64,000 bases of DNA, taken from Salinispira sp. GTDB taxonomy: Bacteria > Spirochaetota > Spirochaetia > DSM-27196 > Salinispiraceae. The notes under the pieces are model-generated. The model saw only the letters and a program-made list of their open reading frames with translations, did not search any database and was not told the DNA's origin. Where the stretch lies: positions 352,001 through 416,000 of the forward strand of contig OZ271918.1 of assembly GCA_965602015.1 (NCBI GenBank). The letters run 5' to 3'. A program made the position numbers and the translations under genes. Of the stretch, positions 1-8,970 are shown one piece after another (position 1 is the stretch's first letter; every line of letters begins with the position of its first letter).

Positions 1-626
1 CCCACCCGGCGGAAAAACGGGAATTTATCATTACCCATTTCCGTCGAATGTACGATGCGTACCTGCGAAGCGAGTGGGAGCTTCACGAACAGGATCTTCT
101 GGATTCCATCAGGGCTTTTAGCTCGGTGGATTACAATGCAAAACTTCGCGATGAAGCCGTGCTGGAAATAATTCAGCGAAGTTCCATGGACGAGGGCTTG
201 ATGAATATGTTCGCCGAGGCCCGGCAGATCATTTTTATTCCCTCGGCTCATATCGGTCCCTACATCATGATTATGGACAACCGGGACGGAATCATCAGAA
301 TAGTCCATGGAGCCCGGATTCCCGAGGGAGCCGTTATTAAATCTCCCTCACTGGTGAGGGGTGAGCTTCTGATGAAACTGGAGGCCATAGCCGATGACCA
401 TCGGCTGCGCATTCTCAGGACTATTGCGGACCGCGGGGAAGTATCAAGCCAGGAGATAATCGACAGTATGAATCTGAGCCAGTCAAGCGTATCCCGCCAC
501 CTGAAGCAATTGACGGCCAACGGATTTATCAAAGTTCGGAATATAGATCGGTCCAAGTATTTCAGCCTGAACATGAACCGATTCGACACGATGTTTCAGA
601 CCATGAAACGCTATTTGGGAGGATGA
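1..626 (+). CDS. ArsR/SmtB-family winged-helix transcriptional regulator (5'-truncated by window)
   Basis: C-terminal ArsR HTH pattern (AIADDHRLRIL...SSQEIIDSMNLSQSSVSRHLKQLTANGFI); frame is open back to the window edge. Confidence 0.8.
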   Translation, partial: HPAEKREFIITHFRRMYDAYLRSEWELHEQDLLDSIRAFSSVDYNAKLRDEAVLEIIQRSSMDEGLMNMFAEARQIIFIPSAHIGPYIMIMDNRDGIIRIVHGARIPEGAVIKSPSLVRGELLMKLEAIADDHRLRILRTIADRGEVSSQEIIDSMNLSQSSVSRHLKQLTANGFIKVRNIDRSKYFSLNMNRFDTMFQTMKRYLGG

Positions 627-627
627 T

Positions 628-828
628 ATGTTGATATCAGACTATGAAATGATGGAATTGTCCCGTCAGAAGTACAACGAACTTCTAAAAGTAAGCAATA
701 AGGGTGAATTCGGGGTATCCCGAAGATTGCGATCCGTCCGACGGGCTGTTGGACACAGCTTCATCGAACTGGGTCGCCGCCTTCTGAAGGGTGATGGAAA
801 ATACCCCCTGAGCGCCATCGCCCGGTAA
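628..828 (+). CDS. small hypothetical protein (66 aa)
   Basis: Starts 1 nt after the upstream stop, GGAGG RBS, followed by a terminator. Confidence 0.5.
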   Translation: MLISDYEMMELSRQKYNELLKVSNKGEFGVSRRLRSVRRAVGHSFIELGRRLLKGDGKYPLSAIAR

Positions 829-857
829 AGCCCAAGAAGCTCACAGATGTATGCCTC

Positions 858-895
858 GGCAGCCGCGGGAAAAATCCGCGGCTGTCTTTTTTTTT
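858..895 (+). terminator. Rho-independent terminator
   Basis: CAGCCGCGG-gaaaaat-CCGCGGCTG stem followed by a T-run. Confidence 0.8.
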
Positions 896-1003
896 GATGC
901 GGGTGAGATTATGATGAGAATACAGAGGCATACAGCGCTTCTTTTCGAGAAGAGAATCCGGAAAATAAGCCGGAAAAGAACGCCAAAATGCGAGGAGACC
1001 CAC

Positions 1004-1288
1004 ATGGCAGATAAACGGCCGTTTGTTGAGGAATTTATGGTACGGGGACAGGAAGCAGTTCAACGGGTGAGAGATCTCATCAAGGAAGGCAATGTCCGAC
1101 GCATAATCATTAAAAATGAAGAAGATAAGGTGCTCTTTGAAATTCCCGTCACTGCCAGCGTGTTCGTAGGCGGCGCGCTAACCCTTTTGGCCCCGGTGCT
1201 CGCAGCCCTCGGTGCGGCGGCAGCCCTGATGGCCCGGGTGAAGTTCGAGGTTCACCGAAGCGATGAACCCACAGACCAGGGCGAATGA
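1004..1288 (+). CDS. DUF4342-like protein
   Basis: GAGGAG RBS before ATG 1004; motif VRDLIKEGNVRRIIIK...FEIPVT...LAPVLAALGAAAAL. Confidence 0.75.
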   Translation: MADKRPFVEEFMVRGQEAVQRVRDLIKEGNVRRIIIKNEEDKVLFEIPVTASVFVGGALTLLAPVLAALGAAAALMARVKFEVHRSDEPTDQGE

Positions 1289-1339
1289 CCGGGACATCAT
1301 CCAAATTTCGTATATCTAAATGTCCCGTGTATGGAGAAA

Positions 1340-2512
1340 TTAGAGCAGTAAACCCGCTGCCAATGCGGTAAGAACGGCGAAGGGCGGTGGAATTTTTGTA
1401 AACCCCAGCACAAGGGCTGTTATTAAGGCAACCGCAGCGGTCTCGAGATTAACTCCGGCGGCTAAAAAAATTACCAGCGCTGCCGAGGCGAGCATTCCGC
1501 CGGCGACCGCGTTGACTCCGGTAATCCCTATGCGGATTGCCGGCACGGCCCTTATGGCGTCCCACAGCGGATACACAAAGTAAATCAGCAGGAGGCCGGG
1601 TAAAAAAATACCGACCGCTCCGATGGCTGATCCCAAAATCTGATAAAGGCTACCAGAACCCCTGGCCGCCAGCCCGCCGGCGAATGACGCGAAACTGAAC
1701 ATCGGACCGGGTAGGCCCTGTACGAGGCCGTAGCCCGCCAGGAACTCGCTTCCACTCAACAGGCCGGTCTGTTCGACCAGCTCCCCATACATCATGGGAA
1801 CCACAACCTGTCCGCCTCCGAATACCAGATAGCCGTATCGGTAAAATCGCTCAAACAGGATGATGAGCGGGTGGGCTTCCGCAAGACTCAGGACGAGAGA
1901 CGTTAGGGCAATGAGGCCCAGGGCGATGATAAATCCCCATTTCGGCTTTAGCTGCGGCGTGGTCCAGCTGGCTTCTCTGCGTCGTATGAGAATTTCAACC
2001 CCGCCGCCCGCCAGAAGGAGGAGGGGAAACAGCCAGGGAGCCCGGAAAAAAAAGGTCAGCACTGCGCTGATGGCAAACAGAATCATCGTGCGGCGGTTGA
2101 CCAGCACCTTTTTGCCGATGCGGACCGCCGCCACCGCGATAAATCCCACGGCCATCGCGGGAACGAAGCGCAGGGCTTCAAGTCCGGTGGCCCCGGGCGA
2201 CAGAATATCATAGGCAAGGCTCAATGCTCCCATCACCGCAACGATCGGCAGGGCCCAGACCAGCATGGTCAAAGCGGCCAGAACCGGTCCGCCCATTTTG
2301 TAGCCCACGGCGACGATGGTCTGGGTGCTTGTGGGACCCGGCAGTACGGCGCACAGGGACATAAGCTCGATCAGTTCTTCATGGCTGAGGTAGTTCCGCT
2401 TGTTCACCAGCTGATGCTCATAGACCCCGTAATGACTCTGGGGACCACCGTAGGCCCCAAGAGAGCAAATCATGACGTCGAGAAGAAAGCGGGACTTCGT
2501 TACGGATTTCAT
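1340..2512 (-). CDS. chrA: chromate efflux transporter, long-chain CHR family
   Basis: Two CHR halves: AYGGP...LPGPTSTQ and VFGGGQVV...QGLPGPMF; start reassigned to MKSVTK at 2512. Confidence 0.85.
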   Translation of the reverse strand: MKSVTKSRFLLDVMICSLGAYGGPQSHYGVYEHQLVNKRNYLSHEELIELMSLCAVLPGPTSTQTIVAVGYKMGGPVLAALTMLVWALPIVAVMGALSLAYDILSPGATGLEALRFVPAMAVGFIAVAAVRIGKKVLVNRRTMILFAISAVLTFFFRAPWLFPLLLLAGGGVEILIRRREASWTTPQLKPKWGFIIALGLIALTSLVLSLAEAHPLIILFERFYRYGYLVFGGGQVVVPMMYGELVEQTGLLSGSEFLAGYGLVQGLPGPMFSFASFAGGLAARGSGSLYQILGSAIGAVGIFLPGLLLIYFVYPLWDAIRAVPAIRIGITGVNAVAGGMLASAALVIFLAAGVNLETAAVALITALVLGFTKIPPPFAVLTALAAGLLL

Positions 2513-2626
2513 GGTTGCATTGTAGTGGAGAATGCCGCGACACGGCAAATGATCTATACTTAACAGAGATGTGGTTTTTGTGAATGTGTAAACCCGAACA
2601 TCCATTCGGCAAATCAGGAGGAGACA

Positions 2627-2830
2627 ATGATCAGATTTATTTTCGGGATAGCTATTGGTGTGGTGATAGCGATTTTCTCTTTTCAAAATACCCAGGTGGT
2701 GGATTTCGACTTTCTCGTATGGACGATTACAATTTCCCGCTCGCTCATGGTATTGATTGTGTTCGGGGTCGGCGCAGTAAGCGGATGGCTGGTCGGCGGT
2801 TTTGCCAAGAGCCGGCGACGGCACCGGTAA
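2627..2830 (+). CDS. LapA/DUF1049-like small membrane protein
   Basis: AGGAG RBS; TM-FSFQNTQVVDFDFLVW-TM pattern typical of the LapA domain. Confidence 0.75.
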   Translation: MIRFIFGIAIGVVIAIFSFQNTQVVDFDFLVWTITISRSLMVLIVFGVGAVSGWLVGGFAKSRRRHR

Positions 2831-3151
2831 CGAGCCCATCTTCGGTCGCATCGCTTCTGTGTTCAATTCTGTGCCCGAGCGCATAATCAGAATTGAGGGC
2901 CACACGGCCACCGGCAGGGACATATCCTTCACGTCCAGCTGGGATCTCGGAGCGGCCCGGGCGGTAACCGTTCTCCGGTTTTTCGAAACCGGTCCGGCGT
3001 CGATCCTTACCGGCTTGTGGCGGTCTCCTTCGGATAATATCGCCCCCTATTGCCGAACACCAGTGAGCAAAACAGACTGAGAAACCGCAGAATCGAAATT
3101 GTCCTGCTGCCCCGCCCCCTGTATCAATGGCAGCAGATTATTGTGGAGTGA
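2831..3151 (+). pseudogene. OmpA/MotB C-terminal peptidoglycan-binding domain remnant
   Basis: IRIEGHT...SSWDLGAARAVTV, then a frameshift near 2990 to GVDPYRLVAVSFG*YRPLLPNTSEQNRLRNRRIEIV; in-frame TAA at 3035-3037; no start or N-terminal part. Confidence 0.75.
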
Positions 3152-3190
3152 TGTAAAGCCCCGGTTGTGAGCCTGTTTTTTTACCGGGCT

Positions 3191-4837
3191 CTATGACAGA
3201 CCGCTGATTGTCCCTTCATCGTCGATATCGATGGCAAGAGCCGAGGGAACCCGGGGAAGCCCGGGCATCCTCATGATGTCGCCGGTGAGGGGAACCAGAA
3301 AGCCGGCCCCCGCATTTATCACGATGCGGCGCACGGTAACCAGGAAATCCTTCGGCCGGCCCAGCAGGGCGGGATTATCGCTTAGGGAGGACTGGGTTTT
3401 TGCGATGCATACCGGAAGCTTGCCGTACCCGCCGTCGACAATGGCGTTTATGTCACGGCGGGCTGCGGAGGTAAAGTCGACCGCCTCGGCGCCGTAAATC
3501 TCCCGGGCGACGGTCTCGATTTTTTCTTCAATCCCCGCCTCCCAATCGTACAACGGCCGGCCTTTTCCCCTGTCTTCATTGAGTATTTCTATCGCCTTGT
3601 GCGCCAACTCCGAGGCTCCTTCACCGCCTTTTTCAAAATGATAGGAAACGGCGTACTCCGCCTTGTTCTCCCGGCATATATCCCCTATGGCAGCCAGCTC
3701 TTCGCTGCTGTCGCCGGGAAAGGCGTTAATGGCCACTAACGGGGTGACGCCGAACTTCCGGATGTTCTCCAGGTGTTTGACCAGATTTTCCGCTCCCCTG
3801 CGGAGGGCGGCAAGATCAGCGACATCCAGCTCCTTTTTGCCGACGCCGCCGTGCATCTTTAATGCCCGGGCCGTAGCCACCAGCACCACCATATCGGGGG
3901 CAAAACCGCCGTATGGCGACACGATGTCGAAAAACTTTTCCGCGCCCAGGTCGAAACCAAAACCCGCCTCGGTAACCCCGACTTCTCCCATACGCAGGGC
4001 GAGATTGGTGGCGAGAACCGAGTTTGCGCCCTGGGCGATGTTGGCAAAGGGACCGCCGTGAATAATTGCCGGTCCGCCTTCGCTGGTTTGTACGAGATTC
4101 GGGAGCATGGCGTCCTTTAACAGAGCCGCCGCTGCCCGCTCCACCCCGAGATCAGCTACGGTGAACGGACTTCCGTCTGCCCGCTTGCCCAACAGTATTC
4201 TGCCGATCCGTTCCTTGAGCTCCGAGTAACTGGAAGAGAGACAGAGGATAGCCATTATTTCACTGGCAGCGGTTATGTCAAAGCCGTCCTCCCGGGGCGG
4301 ACCGTTTTTTTCACCAAGGCCGATGACGATGTCCCGTAGAGACCTGTCGTTCATATCCATCACCCGCTTCCAGTAGCAGCTGCCGGGCGAAGGGCTGCCC
4401 GCGGGATCGAAGTGCATTGCATTGTCCAGGCTGGCTGATATCAGATTGTGGGCTGAGCTTATGGCGTGGAGATCTCCGGTGAAGTGGAGGTTGATTTCAT
4501 CAGATGGGTGGACCATCGACGCTCCGCCTCCGGTAGCCCCGCCTTTGATGCCGAAGACCGGTCCGAGGCTTGGTTCCCTCAGGGCGACAACCGCGTTTAC
4601 CCCGTTGTGCCGCAGGCCTTGGGTCAGGCCGATACTGGTGGTGGTCTTTCCTTCCCCGGCAGGAGTAGGTGTGACCGCGCTTACCAGTATCAGTTTGCCG
4701 GGGCTCTTTTTCAGAATCCGATGTACCGCCGGCATGGCGATCTTGGCTTTGTAGGGTCCGTAGTGCAGCAGATCGTTGGACTCGATGCCCGCCTTTCCGG
4801 CGATTATTTCGATGGGTTCAAGGGTACCGTTCTTCAT
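3191..4837 (-). CDS. fhs: formate--tetrahydrofolate ligase
   Basis: TPTPAGEGKTT, FGIKGGATGGG, HGGPFANIA and IMRMPGLP signatures; GGAGG RBS before ATG 4837. Confidence 0.97.
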   Translation of the reverse strand: MKNGTLEPIEIIAGKAGIESNDLLHYGPYKAKIAMPAVHRILKKSPGKLILVSAVTPTPAGEGKTTTSIGLTQGLRHNGVNAVVALREPSLGPVFGIKGGATGGGASMVHPSDEINLHFTGDLHAISSAHNLISASLDNAMHFDPAGSPSPGSCYWKRVMDMNDRSLRDIVIGLGEKNGPPREDGFDITAASEIMAILCLSSSYSELKERIGRILLGKRADGSPFTVADLGVERAAAALLKDAMLPNLVQTSEGGPAIIHGGPFANIAQGANSVLATNLALRMGEVGVTEAGFGFDLGAEKFFDIVSPYGGFAPDMVVLVATARALKMHGGVGKKELDVADLAALRRGAENLVKHLENIRKFGVTPLVAINAFPGDSSEELAAIGDICRENKAEYAVSYHFEKGGEGASELAHKAIEILNEDRGKGRPLYDWEAGIEEKIETVAREIYGAEAVDFTSAARRDINAIVDGGYGKLPVCIAKTQSSLSDNPALLGRPKDFLVTVRRIVINAGAGFLVPLTGDIMRMPGLPRVPSALAIDIDDEGTISGLS

Positions 4838-4995
4838 TTTACCTCCCGCGCAGCAATACAAGGATAGACAGTTCCGTGCTCCCAGCATGGAGCATGACCG
4901 GATATTCTTCAAGATACGCGGTCAGCTCAGAGGGCCGTTGACGATTTTTCAAGCGAATGCTCAACAAACATCGGCTCCCGGTGTACAGTGTTACC

Positions 4996-5688
4996 GTGAA
5001 AGCACAATATTCATGGCTTCTGTTTGACGCCGATCATACGATTCTTGATTTCGATGCGGCGGAGGCCCATGCCCTCGAAACGGTCTGCCGGGAACTTGCC
5101 GGAGAGTGGGATGATAGCTGGGCCGTTTTGTACCACACTATCAATCGGGAGCTTTGGGCAGACCTGGAAAAGGGTGTTATCAGCAGCGCAAAACTGAGGG
5201 TGGAGCGTTTTGCCCGCTTTCAGCGAAATGCGAACATCAGCGGAGATCCAAATACCTACAGCGCCCGCTACCTCGAATTGCTGCAGGAGGGGAACTTCGT
5301 CATCGACGGTTCCCGGGAACTTCTTGAGCGCATCGCCCCGGATTTTAAAATGGCGGTAATCACCAACGGCATCAGAGACACACAGCTGCGCCGTTTCGAG
5401 GTGACGGGCCTGGGCAAGTATTTTGAACACATTGTGATATCCGAGGACGCCGGAGCTCCAAAGCCCCATGCCCAGTTTTTTGATTATGCCCTTAACCGTA
5501 TAGGTTTTTTTGAGCGGCGGGACATACTGGTAATCGGCGACAGCTTGAGCTCTGATATCGCCGGGGCGAACAGCGCCGGCATCCCCGCGTGCTGGTTCAA
5601 TCCCTGGGGTATTGATTCGGGGGATGTAGCGGTGCCGGATTACCAGATAAGCAGTCTGGACGAACTTCCCGGCTTGCTTTACCGCTGA
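4996..5688 (+). CDS. YjjG-family HAD nucleotidase
   Basis: LLFDADHTILDF, ITNG, KP and IGDSLSSDIAGA HAD motifs; GTG start is uncertain. Confidence 0.85.
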   Translation: MKAQYSWLLFDADHTILDFDAAEAHALETVCRELAGEWDDSWAVLYHTINRELWADLEKGVISSAKLRVERFARFQRNANISGDPNTYSARYLELLQEGNFVIDGSRELLERIAPDFKMAVITNGIRDTQLRRFEVTGLGKYFEHIVISEDAGAPKPHAQFFDYALNRIGFFERRDILVIGDSLSSDIAGANSAGIPACWFNPWGIDSGDVAVPDYQISSLDELPGLLYR

Positions 5689-5720
5689 TACGGTTCTTTT
5701 CTGATATGGGAGGCTATAGG

Positions 5721-6515
5721 GTGAAAATCAAACAAATCGTCATTCTGATTCTCGTGGTTTTTGGCATTCCTGCGGCCTTGTTCGTCGCGTCGTCCTATTT
5801 TGAGGCCTATGCGGGCAGTTCCACTGCGGATTTCTTCCAGGATGGGCGGGATGAGCCGGTATGGTATCCCGCTGGGGTTGAACCGGGAAGCTACCAGGGT
5901 CTGGCCCTTCCGGCTGTGCTTCTGATCAGCGATGAGTTCTCGATAAATAACAATATTCGCCTGCGGGCCGAACAGCTGAATGCATTCGGTTACATTGTCC
6001 GGGTTCCGGATCTATATGACGGACGCCAGGCCCGGGGCATACCGGCCACCCGAATACTCCGGCGGGCAAACGCGTATGAGCTGCTCCTCGAGCGGGTACG
6101 CAGGGCCTGGCGGGATCTCCTGTCAGATCCTCTCGTTGATCCTGCCCGGGTCGCCGTCGCGGGATTCGATTTAGGCGCCGAGCTCGCCCTTTCGCTGGGA
6201 AGGGAGGACCCACGTCCGGCGCTTACCTTGCTGTTTTATCCCGGCGAGCTTCCCGCCAGTGCTGAGGAGCTGGGACTGGTGGGCGCCGCCGGACCGGTAG
6301 CGGCGTTTTACGCCGAGCTCGATGAGCGCCTTTCGCTGACGGACCGGGCGGAGTTTGCATCGTTGATGAGCAGCGCAGGGCGGGAGTTCGATCAGATCGT
6401 CTATGAAGGAACCCGCCCGGGCTTCGTTCAGACCGTACGGTCATCGGATACCGGCGCATCCATACGTGCATGGCTCGAGCTTCTGACCATCCTGCAGAAT
6501 CAGTTCTTGCGCTAA
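5721..6515 (+). CDS. membrane-anchored dienelactone hydrolase-like protein (catalytic residues degenerate)
   Basis: N-terminal TM; PAVLLISDEFSIN, VPDLY, VDPARVAVAGFDLGA, YEGTRPGF follow the DLH fold pattern. Confidence 0.7.
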   Translation: MKIKQIVILILVVFGIPAALFVASSYFEAYAGSSTADFFQDGRDEPVWYPAGVEPGSYQGLALPAVLLISDEFSINNNIRLRAEQLNAFGYIVRVPDLYDGRQARGIPATRILRRANAYELLLERVRRAWRDLLSDPLVDPARVAVAGFDLGAELALSLGREDPRPALTLLFYPGELPASAEELGLVGAAGPVAAFYAELDERLSLTDRAEFASLMSSAGREFDQIVYEGTRPGFVQTVRSSDTGASIRAWLELLTILQNQFLR

Positions 6516-6527
6516 AGGGAGCATAAT

Positions 6528-7532
6528 GTGCGCGTCTGCCTTGTTCAGTTCGATCCCGCCTGGGAAAACCCGGAAGAAAACCGAAGACGGATACGAGCAT
6601 TAGTTGACCGGCTTTCCGGGATTGCAGCGGTGTCCCCACAGCCGGCGGATATGATAATTCTGCCGGAGATGTGCCTCACGGGGTTTACCATGAATCCTCA
6701 TGCACACGGTGCCGCTGAAAGTTCTACCGATGACTCGAGCGGCGATACTGACGGCGTAATTGTTGCCGCGACCGGCGCGACTGTCTCGGCCGATGGAGCA
6801 GCTGCTGATCACACGACCGATGCGACAACTTACGGCGCGACTGTCTCGGCCGATGGCTCGGCCGATGGAGCAGTTGCTGATCACGCGACCGATAGCGCAA
6901 CATACGGCGCGACCGATAGCGCAACATACGGCGCGACCGATATCGCGTTGGATGCCCGGGGCTTTTTTTCCCAGTGTGCCCGTTCACTGAACTGCGCAGT
7001 GGTGGCGGGATACGGAGAGTTGGACCCCGACGGAATGGCGTCGAACAGGGCGGGCGCCTGGAGCTCAAGCGGAAAGTTGCTTGCCGATTATGTGAAAAAT
7101 TATCCCTTCAGTTATTCTGGAGAAGACCGGGTTTACCGGGCCGGGAAGGACGCCTCGATGCTCAGCATCGGCGGTCTGCGCTTCGGCCTGTATATTTGCT
7201 ACGATCTGCGATTTCCTGAACATTTTCGGAGGCTTGCAGGTCAGGTTGATTGTTATCTGGTCGTGGCCAATTGGCCCCTGTCACGCATGGCCCACTGGCG
7301 CAGCCTTCTGGTCGCCCGGGCGGTGGAAAACCAGGCCTGGGTTATTGGCGTGAACCGCCGGGGGAAGGACGGCAACGGAATCCGTTACCCCGGGGTTTCC
7401 GTGGTTGTTGATCCCATGGGCGAAATATGCGCAGAGGGAGGAGAAGAAGATGAGCTTGTTTGGGCAGACATCAGCAAATCCTTCGTCGATGAGACCCGGG
7501 CTCGATTCCCCTTTCTGAATGACCGGAAATAA
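6528..7532 (+). CDS. carbon-nitrogen hydrolase (nitrilase/omega-amidase-like) with a low-complexity insertion
   Basis: LPEM / YVKNYPF / ICYDLRFPE catalytic E-K-C; ARAVENQ motif. Confidence 0.88.
   Translation: MRVCLVQFDPAWENPEENRRRIRALVDRLSGIAAVSPQPADMIILPEMCLTGFTMNPHAHGAAESSTDDSSGDTDGVIVAATGATVSADGAAADHTTDATTYGATVSADGSADGAVADHATDSATYGATDSATYGATDIALDARGFFSQCARSLNCAVVAGYGELDPDGMASNRAGAWSSSGKLLADYVKNYPFSYSGEDRVYRAGKDASMLSIGGLRFGLYICYDLRFPEHFRRLAGQVDCYLVVANWPLSRMAHWRSLLVARAVENQAWVIGVNRRGKDGNGIRYPGVSVVVDPMGEICAEGGEEDELVWADISKSFVDETRARFPFLNDRK
6773..6946 (+). repeat. in-frame nested tandem repeats (60-, 12- and 24-bp units) inside the nitrilase-family gene
   Basis: CGGCGCGACTGTCTCGGCCGATGG at 6773 and 6833; CTCGGCCGATGG duplicated; GCGACCGATAGCGCAACATACGGC at 6885 and 6909. 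Confidence 0.9.
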
Positions 7533-7568
7533 TATGAAGTGCCCCCAAAACAGCTGATTTTCCCCTCC

Positions 7569-8702
7569 TCAGGCCACCGCATAATCGGGAAGATCGATCT
7601 TCAGCGCACTCACCGGTGTCTTCCAGATCCGATGCCAGGTCTTCCATTGGCTGATGTCCAGCACCAGATGATGAACGAATGCCCGCTGTGTAAACATCCG
7701 TTTTACCAACATCAGTACCCGCCTTCGGTCAAACCCCGCAACCTCACCATGGCTGATATCGTTACGTCCGTTTATCCGATACGGCTTGAGCAGGTTATGA
7801 TAGGCGATGTAGATCATCATCCGCTCCATGCTGTTGTTCACCGATTTTGACCACTGCACACTCTGGCGGACATGACAGGATTGATCCTTTCGTATCTCCC
7901 GATCCAGGTAATTCACCGGAAACAGGGGGTTCTCAGTGGTCCTCACTACCCTCGATGAGGTTCGGTGATGGATAACCCGCCCTGCATTTTCCAACGCCGC
8001 CCAGTCCCGGTGAGCGAACAGCTCACGGCGGTATTCGAGTTTTTCATCGCTCAAGAGATAGCATGGCTTCTTCGATGAATAAGCCCTCCACCTGGGAAGA
8101 ATGGTGTTTATCACATCCCGGAAAGATCGCGCAATTTGTCCCCCTGCAATAGGATACCGGCGATTGAGCTCATCGCGCCGGCGCTTTTGCGCGGGGGTCA
8201 TCCGCCCTTTGCGCCGCATCTGCGCATAGTCGCAGGCATAGACAACCTGGCTGTCGCAACCCACCGCGAGGGTGAAGTTGTTCGGCCAGTATTGGCTGTG
8301 CACAAAGCTTTCAAACCCATCAACGGCAATATCCTCATCGATTGTATGATCATTCAATAACTGGGCCATGGCAGCGATTGCCTGACGGGACAATCGGCTC
8401 AGCCGATTGAGAATGACCTTGTCGGTGACATAAAACTCCCGGGCAATGTCGCGGATGCCGGAAGCCGAGTTGATCGAAGAGAAGATGCGCCGGTAATCGA
8501 GGCGATGATGTGCGCGATAATCGAGGTGAAACGCGCTTTCGCAGAAGTATCGACGGCAATGCTTACAGCGATAGCGCTGTGAAGAACCGAGGCGGCGACA
8601 GTGATAGTGGCCGTTTCGGACAAACCAGCATCGGCTTGATTCTCTGTCGCGATGATGCTGAGAGCAGTCCGAGTACGGACAGAATCGGGGGTAAAATGCC
8701 AT
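7569..8702 (-). CDS. IS1/IS1595-like transposase (Zn ribbon, HTH, DDE-type RNase H fold)
   Basis: CPYSDC...QRYRCKHC Zn finger; SGIRDIAREFYVTDKVILNRL HTH; acidic motifs IAVDGFES, LLSDE, VNYLDREIR; YIAYHN; AGGAG RBS. Confidence 0.75.
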   Translation of the reverse strand: MAFYPRFCPYSDCSQHHRDRESSRCWFVRNGHYHCRRLGSSQRYRCKHCRRYFCESAFHLDYRAHHRLDYRRIFSSINSASGIRDIAREFYVTDKVILNRLSRLSRQAIAAMAQLLNDHTIDEDIAVDGFESFVHSQYWPNNFTLAVGCDSQVVYACDYAQMRRKGRMTPAQKRRRDELNRRYPIAGGQIARSFRDVINTILPRWRAYSSKKPCYLLSDEKLEYRRELFAHRDWAALENAGRVIHHRTSSRVVRTTENPLFPVNYLDREIRKDQSCHVRQSVQWSKSVNNSMERMMIYIAYHNLLKPYRINGRNDISHGEVAGFDRRRVLMLVKRMFTQRAFVHHLVLDISQWKTWHRIWKTPVSALKIDLPDYAVA

Positions 8703-8808
8703 GGTAATCTCCTATGAGCGGTAATCGTGTCATAGAAGACTACTGGCAAAAGAGTTATGTTGATTCGATCAGCTGTTTTGGGGGCATATCTGAAAGCGGT
8801 GCCTCCCC

Positions 8809-8970
8809 GCAAGAGTTTTCATTGTTCTATTACAAAAATTCTGCAAATCGGTTTTGTCCGAGTCATATCTCCGCCATCTACGTGGCATGAAAATGTCCTT
8901 CCAGGGGTGTCGCAATCACTTTGCACAGCCTCGTATTCGCGCTGTAGCCCCAAAAACGCGCTTACCCCTG
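8809..8970 (-). ncRNA. putative bridge RNA / seekRNA of the IS1111-type element (boundaries approximate)
   Basis: Minus-strand segments GTTTTTGGGGC (8957-8947), AAGTG (8921-8917), TTTCATGCCA (8892-8883) and AGATATGA (8870-8863) match the target and donor junction; closing stem 8964-8970/8902-8908. Confidence 0.75.

Noticed and set aside
1340..2932. 530-aa extended chromate transporter, and similar long N-terminal extensions in the ORF track
   Set aside because: The extension overlaps the lapA-like gene on the other strand and family-like sequence starts near 2512; starts were reassigned by RBS and motif.
6773..6946. Tandem repeats as a CRISPR or mini-array
   Set aside because: They are contiguous, in frame within a CDS, and have no unique spacers.
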